Shown: positions 1 through 8,793 of the stretch, in pieces
How the letters are laid out: every line of letters begins with the position of its first letter
Position numbering within the stretch: position 1 is the first letter of the stretch
IMG/VR virus record: IMGVR_UViG_3300009678_000117
Span: 1 to 31,078 of that record
Strand: one strand, 5' to 3'
From: a virus
Lineage: Duplodnaviria; Caudoviricetes
Length of the DNA: 31,078 nucleotides
The notes under the pieces: generated by a model
What the model saw: only the letters and a program-made list of their open reading frames with translations
What the model was told of the DNA's origin: nothing
The model's database searches: none
Translations under genes and position numbers: made by a program

Positions 1-153
1 GTAGGTACGATAAACAGGCCCGCCGGCGGTGTATGGTTCGTGTTCTACGCCTTCCCGTGCCACTATGTAGATAGTTGCAAAAGCCAGTTCTGCGTGCTGC
101 ACGTAGTCCAGCCCGTTAACCGCAGTAAATTGTCTAGTCTTTATTAGCGCCAT
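1..153 (-). CDS. Partial putative tail/tail-tip accessory protein (runs off window edge)
   Basis: ATG at 153, open to base 1: MALIKTRQFTAVNGLDYVQHAELAFATIYIVAREGVEHEPYTAGGPVYRTY. Resembles the C-terminal domain of the 159..863 protein (ILVVFREG...YTAGAPGNREY). Not in the ORF track. Confidence 0.75.
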   Translation of the reverse strand, partial: MALIKTRQFTAVNGLDYVQHAELAFATIYIVAREGVEHEPYTAGGPVYRTY

Positions 154-158
154 TTATT

Positions 159-863
159 TTAACTTTCAAAGGCTTTCCAAACTACGTTTACCCGTTCGCC
201 TGTGTTAAACGGGTTCAGGGCATCAAAGAAAATGTCTGTACCGTTATATCCATATTCCCGGTTACCAGGCGCCCCGGCGGTGTAATCAAACTGCGTACCT
301 TCCCGAAAGACTACTAAAATTTCGTCCCCTTCAAATGTCTTGCCTTCTATGCCGGGGCCTGTTATACTGTTTGTGCCCGGCGTCGTATCCCAGGTATCGC
401 TTTGCAGTTCGGGGCAGGTCGTGTCTATTGGCGGGTCTACTGTGCCGATCGTAACGCCGCCGGTACCCTCTAACTGTAAATCAAATTCGGAAAATGCGGA
501 CGTATCCGCCGAAAGCGTTACCGCCCGGACAAGGAAAACGCCGGTTATATATTTGGTTAGTCCGCCTTCGTCCGTAAAGACGAAACGCATAGTTTGTTCA
601 GCCCTTACAATAGCTTCCTGCAAGAAATACAAAACGCTTAATTTGGTGGCACTATTTTCGATTGTCGTAAGCCCCTGGACGCTGCCGCGATTGTCGCTGA
701 TCCGTACCCTCTTCTTTTTATACAGCCCGGCGTTAACGTCCGTTTTGCCTATCAACTCATTTTCAAACTCAAAGGAACAACTAACGGCGCAGCCAATTAC
801 AATGTAAACGCCGTTTATTAGCGCTTCTACATTTACGTTTTTACCTAAAACTGCGTTTGCCAT
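159..863 (-). CDS. Tail tube-like (distal tail) protein with C-terminal extra domain
   Basis: The N-terminal ~140 aa follow a tail-tube pattern (IGCAVSCSFEFENELIGKT...ITGVFLVRAVTLSAD...FDLQLEGTG). Located downstream of the tape measure and tail-tip genes. Confidence 0.65.
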   Translation of the reverse strand: MANAVLGKNVNVEALINGVYIVIGCAVSCSFEFENELIGKTDVNAGLYKKKRVRISDNRGSVQGLTTIENSATKLSVLYFLQEAIVRAEQTMRFVFTDEGGLTKYITGVFLVRAVTLSADTSAFSEFDLQLEGTGGVTIGTVDPPIDTTCPELQSDTWDTTPGTNSITGPGIEGKTFEGDEILVVFREGTQFDYTAGAPGNREYGYNGTDIFFDALNPFNTGERVNVVWKAFES

Positions 864-3478
864 TAATCAGATATGTATTTAAATTCTGCGGTTTCGTAAC
901 TTTTCGCTACTGCGGTGTTAAAAACTTCATGGAAAAACGCCGCCCATTCACACAAAAATAACTGCATTTCGTAATGTAATAACATAAATATTCGGTATTG
1001 CGTGCCGCCGTTCGTCGTATTGGCGTCTATGTCCTGCATAATGTACTTATGCAAAAGGTCCGGCATTTGGCTTGCGCTGTCCGTTCGGTCTACAGTTCCT
1101 TCAAAAGTCCGCATTACCCTGTTAAACTGGTTCCAAATGTCGAAAGATTGCAGTTTACCGAACGGCATAGTATCTGCCGGCCCTGGCCCGGACGGTAGTA
1201 ACGCCGCGTTATAATACGGGCCTGCCAGCTGGTAGGTAGTTTCTGTTACCGTTATGCTCGCCCCTATTTCTATAACGGTGTCGGCGTCTGTGTACACCGT
1301 TGTAAGGTCGCCTATAATGCTGTAATTCGTGTCTATAATCCGCCCCGTAATATCATTACTGCCGGATCCGGTTACCGATATTAAAATACCTATAGGAAAT
1401 AAACCTACAAAATTACCGTCTATTTCGAATTGACCCAGGACGCCAAAAGACGCTGTACCGCTGTAAATTTCTAAACCGCTGCCAGGTTTTAACATTGCGC
1501 CTTTCATAGCTACCCGCGGGGCGTCTGTTATGTAAACTTCCTTTTCGCGGACCGCTTTTATTTTCGGGCTGGTTTGGCTTACCGCGTTGGTTTGGCCTGT
1601 ATAGCGCTGGTACCCGCCGTTTATGAAAGGTATAATATCTAAATTCGGTTGCCCAAAATGCGCCTGCACTTCTTCCCCCTGTTCGTTACTAAGGAAAACG
1701 TAAACCCTGCCCGGTTTAGGTACCGGCGGGCTGGTAAATGACATATCTAACGGCGGGTTTTCAATAGCTGCGCCCAGGTACCAGGGAAATATAGTATTTG
1801 CCGGGGGTAGCAGGTTCCAAATAGGTATTAGGTCAGGTATCAGCACATTAAATTGCTGCCACCAATAAATAGTGCCATCCGTAGCAAATAGCCCTACCAG
1901 TACAGGGCTATTATTGTACCCGGTCAGGGCGCCTATATTGTCGAAAAATAGTGATACCTGCAGGCTTATCTTATCCCCGGCGCTAACTTCTACGGGGCTG
2001 CTTTGTACATAACTAAAAGGCGGACCGGCGCCCGGCGCTGCCTTTATTACAAGTTCGCGGTGTGTTTCGTTTCCATCTATGTAAAACTTTTTTACGTAGG
2101 TATCGGATCCGGGTAACGGGCCGTCCCCGAAATTATCCCAGGCGGGCAGGTCGACTGTACGGCTTAAAGCAGACCAGCAATCAAGCGTGTATTTTTTAAC
2201 CTGTTCCGTAACGCCGTCCGGGTTTACTTCGTCCGGTAAATCTTCTACAAATTCGCCGCGGTCGTAGTCAATATTACAAAGTAATTCCTGCGGATAGCGA
2301 AAGTTAAAACGTTCTATAACCTGTTTATAGGGACGATCTAAAGAAAGTAAAGCGTTATCATTTGCCCACGAAAGCGGTAGCCCTACGCCTATATTTTTAG
2401 AGTAGGTTTCGTTCGTGTTTTCTACCCAGGCCGCCAAATAATTAAACCGGGTAAAATAGTATTCATGCCCGGTTTCCATTTCGTCCGGGCGTAGAATGAT
2501 CCATTTACCGCGGTACTGCGTTAAAAACGAATTTTCCCCTAATATCTTTTCCAATACCGTTAGGCAGTCTTCGCAGGTTCCTATTTCTTTCTCAAACGTT
2601 TTGGCGTCCAGGTAAATGAATTTATACAAATGTCCGCTGCCGTCCGCATCGCTTACCAGCGGTACGGCGGTCGTTTCCCGTATATTCATGCAGGCTTTTA
2701 TGTCCAGCATTAACCCCGTAGGCGCTAAAGCCCAGGCCAAAAAATCTATAATTTGGTGCTTGTCCTGCGGGGTTTCCCCTTCAAAATTTAGTAAATCTTC
2801 GTCTTCTAAAAAGCCCAGCCCGTCCGTAGCGGTTAGCGTTATTACGTTCGGGTTCGGCATAAAATCTTCCTGTAGGTCGCTAACGGATAGCCAGCCCATG
2901 AATATAACGCCTTCCGCCTGCGTTTCTATTATTACAAAAAACCGGTTGTCGCCACCGTCGGCAAACGTTTCTATGCCTATAGCGTCGCTGCTATGTATCT
3001 GTATTTCGGCCTGCTTACTTTTTACCGGGGTAAACTTATCTTCCGCGTTATCAATTACGGAAATAGTTACCGGCGTTTCTGCTAATTCCAGTTCTATAGT
3101 TTCCGCCGCTGCAAATTCGTACCGCGGGGCGCCGCTGTCGCTGGCAACTAAAATTGAATAGTCCCAATCCCCTTGCGGTATTGTAAAAGACGTTTTACCG
3201 TTAAGGTTTAACGCCGTGTCAATCCAGCCCGCGTTATCGTAGCCAAAATAAATTTCTGCCGTAGGATCCGTAAAGGCGTCCGAAAATACCTTAACGGTTT
3301 GCGTACCGTCGCCGTTATTGATAACGATAAAGCGGAAATTATAGGGCGGCGTATCTACCGGCGTTTCAGTATCAAATAGCCGCACCTTTATTAATTGCTG
3401 TACGCTTTCATTTGCAGGTTCGGGCGTCGTTTCGATATTTAAAAAGGCGCCTTCGTATAGTGTGCAATTAGTTATCAT
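863..3478 (-). CDS. Large minor tail / tail-tip (baseplate hub-like) protein
   Basis: 871 aa, acidic and beta-rich, immediately after the tape measure gene; ITLTATDGLGFL-type segment typical of tail tip proteins. Mainly a positional call. Confidence 0.65.
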   Translation of the reverse strand: MITNCTLYEGAFLNIETTPEPANESVQQLIKVRLFDTETPVDTPPYNFRFIVINNGDGTQTVKVFSDAFTDPTAEIYFGYDNAGWIDTALNLNGKTSFTIPQGDWDYSILVASDSGAPRYEFAAAETIELELAETPVTISVIDNAEDKFTPVKSKQAEIQIHSSDAIGIETFADGGDNRFFVIIETQAEGVIFMGWLSVSDLQEDFMPNPNVITLTATDGLGFLEDEDLLNFEGETPQDKHQIIDFLAWALAPTGLMLDIKACMNIRETTAVPLVSDADGSGHLYKFIYLDAKTFEKEIGTCEDCLTVLEKILGENSFLTQYRGKWIILRPDEMETGHEYYFTRFNYLAAWVENTNETYSKNIGVGLPLSWANDNALLSLDRPYKQVIERFNFRYPQELLCNIDYDRGEFVEDLPDEVNPDGVTEQVKKYTLDCWSALSRTVDLPAWDNFGDGPLPGSDTYVKKFYIDGNETHRELVIKAAPGAGPPFSYVQSSPVEVSAGDKISLQVSLFFDNIGALTGYNNSPVLVGLFATDGTIYWWQQFNVLIPDLIPIWNLLPPANTIFPWYLGAAIENPPLDMSFTSPPVPKPGRVYVFLSNEQGEEVQAHFGQPNLDIIPFINGGYQRYTGQTNAVSQTSPKIKAVREKEVYITDAPRVAMKGAMLKPGSGLEIYSGTASFGVLGQFEIDGNFVGLFPIGILISVTGSGSNDITGRIIDTNYSIIGDLTTVYTDADTVIEIGASITVTETTYQLAGPYYNAALLPSGPGPADTMPFGKLQSFDIWNQFNRVMRTFEGTVDRTDSASQMPDLLHKYIMQDIDANTTNGGTQYRIFMLLHYEMQLFLCEWAAFFHEVFNTAVAKSYETAEFKYISD

Positions 3479-3479
3479 T

Positions 3480-5585
3480 TTAGCCAGCGCCTAAACGCCT
3501 GTTTTGTCTGTTTGTTCTATCTGCCAATAATTCAAATTGATTGCCGCGGGTCCGTCCGTTAATAATTACCACTTGCTGCCCGCCGCCGTTCAAATCCCCT
3601 AACATGCTTTTAAGCTGGTCCAGCGGCGCTATTACTTCCGGGTTACTACGGGACGTTCCTACGCCTTCGCCTACCATACCCACGGTAGGGCCGAAAACCA
3701 AACCGCCCTGTGCAAACCCGGTAACGCCTTTACCTACTATGTTTTTTAACGCCGCGCCCACTGCTACCAGCGCCACCCCGGCGGCTATTGTGGCGAAAGG
3801 GTTTGCAAATAGCGTCGCTAAAGCTTGTTTAGCCGCTACCGCTACCGCCCCCAATGTTATAAACTGTTTACCTATTGATTGTATAGCGTCTGCCACTGAT
3901 TGCGCGAAGGCGCTAAAAACGCCGGATAAATTGCCGCCGCTTATTGCTTCCCCTATAGCGTTTCCAATAGCAGCAATACCTTCAACTTTTAACCCGGTTA
4001 GGGAATTATTTATTTGTTCTATACCTGCCTTAAAGTTTTTTGCCAAATTCGCCAAACCTTCCTGACTAACATTTTGACCTACTCTAAAAAATGCGCGTAA
4101 CTGGTCTAAAAATTGGCCGCGGTTCAAGCTTGTTGAAACGGTTAAATCTATTGGCGGTAAAGTTTTGCCTATGTCTTTAAACGTCTGTTCAAATTCCCTT
4201 ACTAAGTTTACGTTTTGTATTTGTTCCGCGGTAAATTCTACGGGAATTTCGGCGGGCGGTAGCTGTAAAATACTACGCTTTAGCAGCTTATCCGTTTCGC
4301 TTATCGCCTGCTCAACTTTAGCGGGCGGCGGTTCAGATAGTTCTATAGGTACCCGCGCGGGTAATGTTTTTATTTGCAGTCCGCCCGCCGCTACCTGGTT
4401 TAGAAAATCCTGCGCTTTCTTTAAGGCGGTCGCCTTATCGTCCAGCGGTGAAAATTCGTAGTTTATTACAAATAGGCTGTCTTTTAAAAATGCGCTTACT
4501 TCTTTAGCTTTCGAAATGATCTTATTAAAAGCGGTGTCCGTATCCTTTTTAGGTGCATCTATTTTTACGTCTACCCCGGCGGATAATTCGCCAATATCTT
4601 TAACCAGCGCTTCAATATCGGTTTGCGTTTTCTGCGCTTCCGTCTGCGCGTCCTTTAACCCTTTGGCTAAAGTCTTCCCAAATAGGCTAACTTCCTTACC
4701 TACGCCGGGCGTAATTTGCGCAGTTTTTAAGGCTTCGCTAAACCCTTTTAACTTTTTTTCGGACGCTGTTAATGTGGCGCCTTGCTGTTCCAGCTGCTTA
4801 GCTATTAACGTGTCTAACTGCGCCTGTTTAATCTTTACCGCTATTACGGTGCGCAGGTTAGCCAGGTAAGCCGTATAGGCGGCGTCCAATCCGGTTACGG
4901 CGTTACCCTCTAAGGTTAGCCCTTTAAATACTTCGGGCTGGATCCGCTGCAATTCTTTTATTGCGGCTAATTTCCTTTCGCGGGTTTCGGTTTCACTTTT
5001 TAAAACTGCTATTAATGAAACTACCTGCGTAGCTTCTTTTCCGGCGTCTGCAAATATGCCTTTTACCTGCTCCTTATATTTTTTAGTGGCGTCTTCCGCA
5101 GCTTCCGCCGCTTTGCTTGTTTGAAAAAGCTTATCCCCGAAAACAGTAAGTAGTGCGGATCCTAGCCCTATGGCTAAACCTAAACCGCCTACGCCGGTTA
5201 ACTCTTTGCCCAATGCCTTTAAGGCGCCCCCGGTGCTGCCCGTCGTTTGACGTAACCGTCCGAAATTTTCAAATAGGGGGTTTAAGTTGTTGGCTATGCC
5301 TAAAAAACCGAAAGGAGCATCCTGCGCTACCCGCGAAAGGTCTGTTAAAGATTGAGTAGCGCGGTCTGACGCGGACGGTAATTTTTTTAGGGCGTTTTCT
5401 GTCTTTTTTATTGCCGGGGGTAGCGTGTTAAAACTGGCATTAAATTGCCCGGTAAACTTTTTAACGCCCCCGCCAAACGCCGCTACCTGGCTTTCTAGTT
5501 TAGTTATGTCTGCGCCTACTTTTTTTAACGCTTGCGTAGCTTCGTTAACGTCTGCACCTACTATTATTTTTAAACCTTCCGCCAT
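3480..5585 (-). CDS. Tail tape measure protein
   Basis: 701 aa, Ala/Gly/Lys-rich helical, hydrophobic segments, C-terminal FAQGGLVFGPTVGMVGEG...PEVIAPL motif. Follows the chaperone pair. Confidence 0.9.
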   Translation of the reverse strand: MAEGLKIIVGADVNEATQALKKVGADITKLESQVAAFGGGVKKFTGQFNASFNTLPPAIKKTENALKKLPSASDRATQSLTDLSRVAQDAPFGFLGIANNLNPLFENFGRLRQTTGSTGGALKALGKELTGVGGLGLAIGLGSALLTVFGDKLFQTSKAAEAAEDATKKYKEQVKGIFADAGKEATQVVSLIAVLKSETETRERKLAAIKELQRIQPEVFKGLTLEGNAVTGLDAAYTAYLANLRTVIAVKIKQAQLDTLIAKQLEQQGATLTASEKKLKGFSEALKTAQITPGVGKEVSLFGKTLAKGLKDAQTEAQKTQTDIEALVKDIGELSAGVDVKIDAPKKDTDTAFNKIISKAKEVSAFLKDSLFVINYEFSPLDDKATALKKAQDFLNQVAAGGLQIKTLPARVPIELSEPPPAKVEQAISETDKLLKRSILQLPPAEIPVEFTAEQIQNVNLVREFEQTFKDIGKTLPPIDLTVSTSLNRGQFLDQLRAFFRVGQNVSQEGLANLAKNFKAGIEQINNSLTGLKVEGIAAIGNAIGEAISGGNLSGVFSAFAQSVADAIQSIGKQFITLGAVAVAAKQALATLFANPFATIAAGVALVAVGAALKNIVGKGVTGFAQGGLVFGPTVGMVGEGVGTSRSNPEVIAPLDQLKSMLGDLNGGGQQVVIINGRTRGNQFELLADRTNRQNRRLGAG

Positions 5586-5928
5586 TTATTTTAGTTTAGC
5601 CTGTGCCGTTTTTAGCGCTTCCATTTCCCTGAACTTCCGCAGCTGATCTAAAGCTTTTTGATTGACCTTTACCCGGTCTATGCCCTCAATAGGCCAAAGC
5701 TTATCCATTTTATTACTTACCGCTTTGCCGCCGAAATTTGTAGACGCTATTATGAAAGTGCTACGCCTTATCCATGCCTCTAACATTTTATCCCTTTCAC
5801 GTAACCCGTTTATACTTAAAATGACTTCCTTAAAAGTCATTTTTGCCAATTCCCAGGGCTTTATAAATAATTCGCCGTATAGTATCTGCTCTAGTTTATC
5901 GAAATCTATAGGCTCATGCTTTTTTTTT
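5586..5928 (-). CDS. Tail assembly chaperone gpT-like portion (-1 frame, expressed as G-T fusion)
   Basis: The -1 frame is open from the A9 run (KHEPIDFDKLEQILYGELFIKPWELAKMTFKE...) into the annotated 87-aa ORF 5586..5849. Confidence 0.8.
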
Positions 5929-6292
5929 CAAGGTCCGCCGCTTCTTTATTACTGGCTATCAATTTTTTCATTACTGTACTAGCGCCGTAAACTTCCGTTA
6001 CTCTGGTTAGTTCCGCTATGCCTTCCGGGGTTTCCTGCGCCTGTTCTACATAATTATAAAAAGCTTCGTATTTTAAAACCGGCTCAACTTCCTTAATTAA
6101 GCAGTTATTATTGTAACTACATTGGATAAGCTTCGCCAGCCCTTCCGCAGTAAACCCGCCGCCTTCTTCCTGGACAAAGTAAATATTTGCCCGCAATAGG
6201 CATGCTTCCATAAATTCCCGGATAGCAGGATACGCGAATTTTAGCCCTACGGTTTCCCCGTCCAGCTGTATAGTAGTATAACCGTTAGTCAT
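5906..6292 (-). CDS. Tail assembly chaperone gpG-like
   Basis: 128 aa between the tail tube and tape measure genes, ending ...DLEKKSMSL over a slippery A-run. Confidence 0.85.
   Translation of the reverse strand: MTNGYTTIQLDGETVGLKFAYPAIREFMEACLLRANIYFVQEEGGGFTAEGLAKLIQCSYNNNCLIKEVEPVLKYEAFYNYVEQAQETPEGIAELTRVTEVYGASTVMKKLIASNKEAADLEKKSMSL
5919..5929 (-). other. Programmed -1 ribosomal frameshift site
   Basis: Minus strand GAA AAA AAA AGC (9 A; A-AAA-AAA heptamer). A -1 slip gives a ~235-aa fusion ending at 5586. Confidence 0.8.
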
Positions 6293-6753
6293 TAGGACGG
6301 GCTTTCATTGTCGTATTCGTCCAGTGTACCCGTACCGGTAAATGACCAGCTAAAGGCGCCTACGCCGTCGGCTTCCGCGGACGCTGTAAACGTGCTGTCC
6401 GTAAAATAGCCGCTACCGAAATTATTAACGCCTTCGCCTTCCGTTAAACCAGCGGGCGCGTCGGCGTCGCTGATATACTGAAAATCCAGCTTCGTAATAT
6501 CCTTTTGCCAGCCCTTTACGTCGTTATAGGATACTTCCAAAGCGGTAGGCGTTGGATTTTGTACGGCATTACCGGACGCGTTAAACGTCGGCAAAGCTAC
6601 CCCCGTTTTAATACCGCAGTTCGTCCGGCGTTCGCTGGTTTCATTTGTGATCTGAAACTGGCTGTCTTCCGTACAAACCAAAGTTTTAAAATCGTCTGTG
6701 GTACCGTTAACCCGTACCCGTAGATTTACTAACTTACCTTTTACTTCGCTCAT
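6292..6753 (-). CDS. Major tail (tube) protein
   Basis: 153 aa; VKGKLVNL...LVCTEDSQFQITNET...GSGYFTDSTFTA...FSWSFTGTGTL is a siphovirus tail-tube pattern; canonical position. Confidence 0.85.
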   Translation of the reverse strand: MSEVKGKLVNLRVRVNGTTDDFKTLVCTEDSQFQITNETSERRTNCGIKTGVALPTFNASGNAVQNPTPTALEVSYNDVKGWQKDITKLDFQYISDADAPAGLTEGEGVNNFGSGYFTDSTFTASAEADGVGAFSWSFTGTGTLDEYDNESPS

Positions 6754-6766
6754 GGTATATTAAATT

Positions 6767-7192
6767 TTAAACTGTTTGCAATACGCGGTGTAAATTACGT
6801 GTTATAATTCGATTATATCTAAACGTACCGTCATCTTCCGGCAAAACGGTAGAATTTTCCCGGCGCAGGTCAGTTACCTGTATGCCCGCCTGAACAGGTA
6901 AACCGATTAACGACGGGCCGGGCAAAACAAGTTCGCCTATTTCGTTATCTATTTCCGCCGCTAAACCGTCATCTATCCGGGCTTTAAATTTCGTTACTAC
7001 TTCCGTTATCAATACCGGCGTAGTTACAAAAGCCTGGTTATTGCTGTTATCGGTTTCACTTTCCATCCGCAGTAAAACGTAATTGCCCTCTTCTTCCGGC
7101 GGGGCGTCTGTCCGGTAAACAGGAACAGAAATAGCGCCGTTGCTTAAAAGCTGGTACCAGGCTGTTAATATTTTACCGGTTATGTTTTTCAA
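6767..7192 (-). CDS. Tail terminator / tail completion protein
   Basis: 141 aa, VPVYRTDAP...YVLL pattern; lies between the gp10-like and tail tube genes. Confidence 0.7.
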   Translation of the reverse strand: MKNITGKILTAWYQLLSNGAISVPVYRTDAPPEEEGNYVLLRMESETDNSNNQAFVTTPVLITEVVTKFKARIDDGLAAEIDNEIGELVLPGPSLIGLPVQAGIQVTDLRRENSTVLPEDDGTFRYNRIITRNLHRVLQTV

Positions 7193-7836
7193 ATCGTTAC
7201 TATTTTAGGGCGTCTAATGTCGCCCGGTAATATCACTGAAACGCCTACTTTACTTTTAAACTGTCTTTCCAGTCTGTCTATCATTTTAGGCCAAACTATT
7301 TCACGCTGCTTAAAGAAAAACGGGTGCGGTTTAACGCCATGCTTTAAAATACTCATTGCGATAGGCCAGGCGGCGGCGTAATCTTCCGCTATCTGGTTAA
7401 CCTTACTGCCGGACCGTTTACGCGTCTTTACGCTGTACGTGCCATGCCTGGACGTTACCGGGTCCTTACCCTTCCTGCTTAACCAACGGACTATGTTACG
7501 TAAAAATTCCTGAAAGTCGCCGCCTTTATATCCTTTAAACGCTGCCGCTATTTGTTCGGTGCCTTCAATCGGTCTGTATTTTCCTTTCGTTCCAAACTCC
7601 ATAAAAGGCGCGTAAAACTTTTGTGCTACTACTTCCGCCTGTAATTCGGACCGCATAAAATAAGTAGTTGCCCCCTTTAATGCCCCCTGATCTATTGGCG
7701 CGTCCCTGCGGGCGCCCGCTACCCAGTCCGCTGCAGCGCTTTGTATTTCTGCGCTAACCAGTTTTTTAACTTCCGCCGGGGCGGCTAAAAACTGCCGTTC
7801 TAGTTCCTTAAATCCTGAAATAGATACTTTAAACAT
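7189..7836 (-). CDS. HK97 gp10-family neck/tail protein
   Basis: APIDQGALK, YAPFMEFGT and GVKPHPFF motifs. The likely start is the ATG of MFKVSISG (7836) rather than 7881. Confidence 0.85.
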   Translation of the reverse strand: MFKVSISGFKELERQFLAAPAEVKKLVSAEIQSAAADWVAGARRDAPIDQGALKGATTYFMRSELQAEVVAQKFYAPFMEFGTKGKYRPIEGTEQIAAAFKGYKGGDFQEFLRNIVRWLSRKGKDPVTSRHGTYSVKTRKRSGSKVNQIAEDYAAAWPIAMSILKHGVKPHPFFFKQREIVWPKMIDRLERQFKSKVGVSVILPGDIRRPKIVTI

Positions 7837-8155
7837 CGTTTTGCATAGTTGCCGTAAATGTCCAGTAAAATTTCTTTTCATCTACCCGGCGCAAGTTAGA
7901 AATAGTCCAGTCATTACCCTGGTACTGTATTTTCCAATCTGCTTGCGGATAGTGTGCAAAATTAAACCGTATTAAAAAAGTTCGTGTGTTCGTTAGTTGT
8001 GTCTGCCCGTCTGCGTAATTCCGTCCGCCGCCGGATCCGGTTACTTCCGCCCACGTTTCAAAAGACTGTCCGTTACTTTCTATATTTCGCCCGTCCGCGT
8101 CTATAGTTACGGCTATCTGTATCAATTTAACCGGGTGCCGTTGTCCTATGCCCAT
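7829..8155 (-). CDS. Head closure / head-tail adaptor (SPP1 gp16-like)
   Basis: 108 aa; DADG, TWAEV, FLIRF, KIQYQG..WTI pattern; canonical position. Confidence 0.8.
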   Translation of the reverse strand: MGIGQRHPVKLIQIAVTIDADGRNIESNGQSFETWAEVTGSGGGRNYADGQTQLTNTRTFLIRFNFAHYPQADWKIQYQGNDWTISNLRRVDEKKFYWTFTATMQNDV

Positions 8156-8784
8156 TATCCAAATAAGTTTAAACGCCGGTAGGCCCTGGCCTTCCTTGCT
8201 GCGCTTTCGGTTAATGCTTTATCTTCTATTTCTTCCCCGCGGTGTTCGTACGCGTAGGCTACATAGGATTTTATCGCTGTCTTTAATCCTTTCGGTATTG
8301 TCGCTACGGTATAACCCGCGGCGTAATCCAGCTGCAACCGGTCGTTAAAAATGGTAATCAGCTGCGGGAAATCGGTACCCATAAATTTGTAGCTGTCTGC
8401 GGGCACTACGTCGCTGTTTTCTTTTGTAATAACTATAGCGCTGGTTACCGGTCCGGGTATTTCGATATTACCCGCCTGGTTTAGCAGCCATACGGTTAAC
8501 AGTTTTGGGACCAGCGAAACGCCGGTATATTTTTCTACCCAAATACGGGCTTCTGTTATTAACTCTTCAATTAAAGTATTGTCGTAGTCGAAATCTTCGC
8601 CGGGGCTGTCATCGTTTGGCGTAAAACCTTCAAGGCGTAAATAGGCTTTTATTTCGTCAACTGTTACAGGTTCTTCCAGTTCGGTACTTTCGTCCGCTTC
8701 CTGGACCTGGTAAATATGGTTATACCGGGCACCTACGGGGCGCCCGGTATTACAAAGTTTATCTTCGTTACGGGTGTAATCCAT
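8155..8784 (-). CDS. Head-tail connector (HK97 gp6 / SPP1 gp15-like)
   Basis: EPVTVDEIKAYLRL, LITEARIWVEKYTG, YAAGY...IPKGLKTAI...YEHRG motifs. Confidence 0.88.
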   Translation of the reverse strand: MDYTRNEDKLCNTGRPVGARYNHIYQVQEADESTELEEPVTVDEIKAYLRLEGFTPNDDSPGEDFDYDNTLIEELITEARIWVEKYTGVSLVPKLLTVWLLNQAGNIEIPGPVTSAIVITKENSDVVPADSYKFMGTDFPQLITIFNDRLQLDYAAGYTVATIPKGLKTAIKSYVAYAYEHRGEEIEDKALTESAARKARAYRRLNLFG

Positions 8785-8793
8785 TACCTGAAA

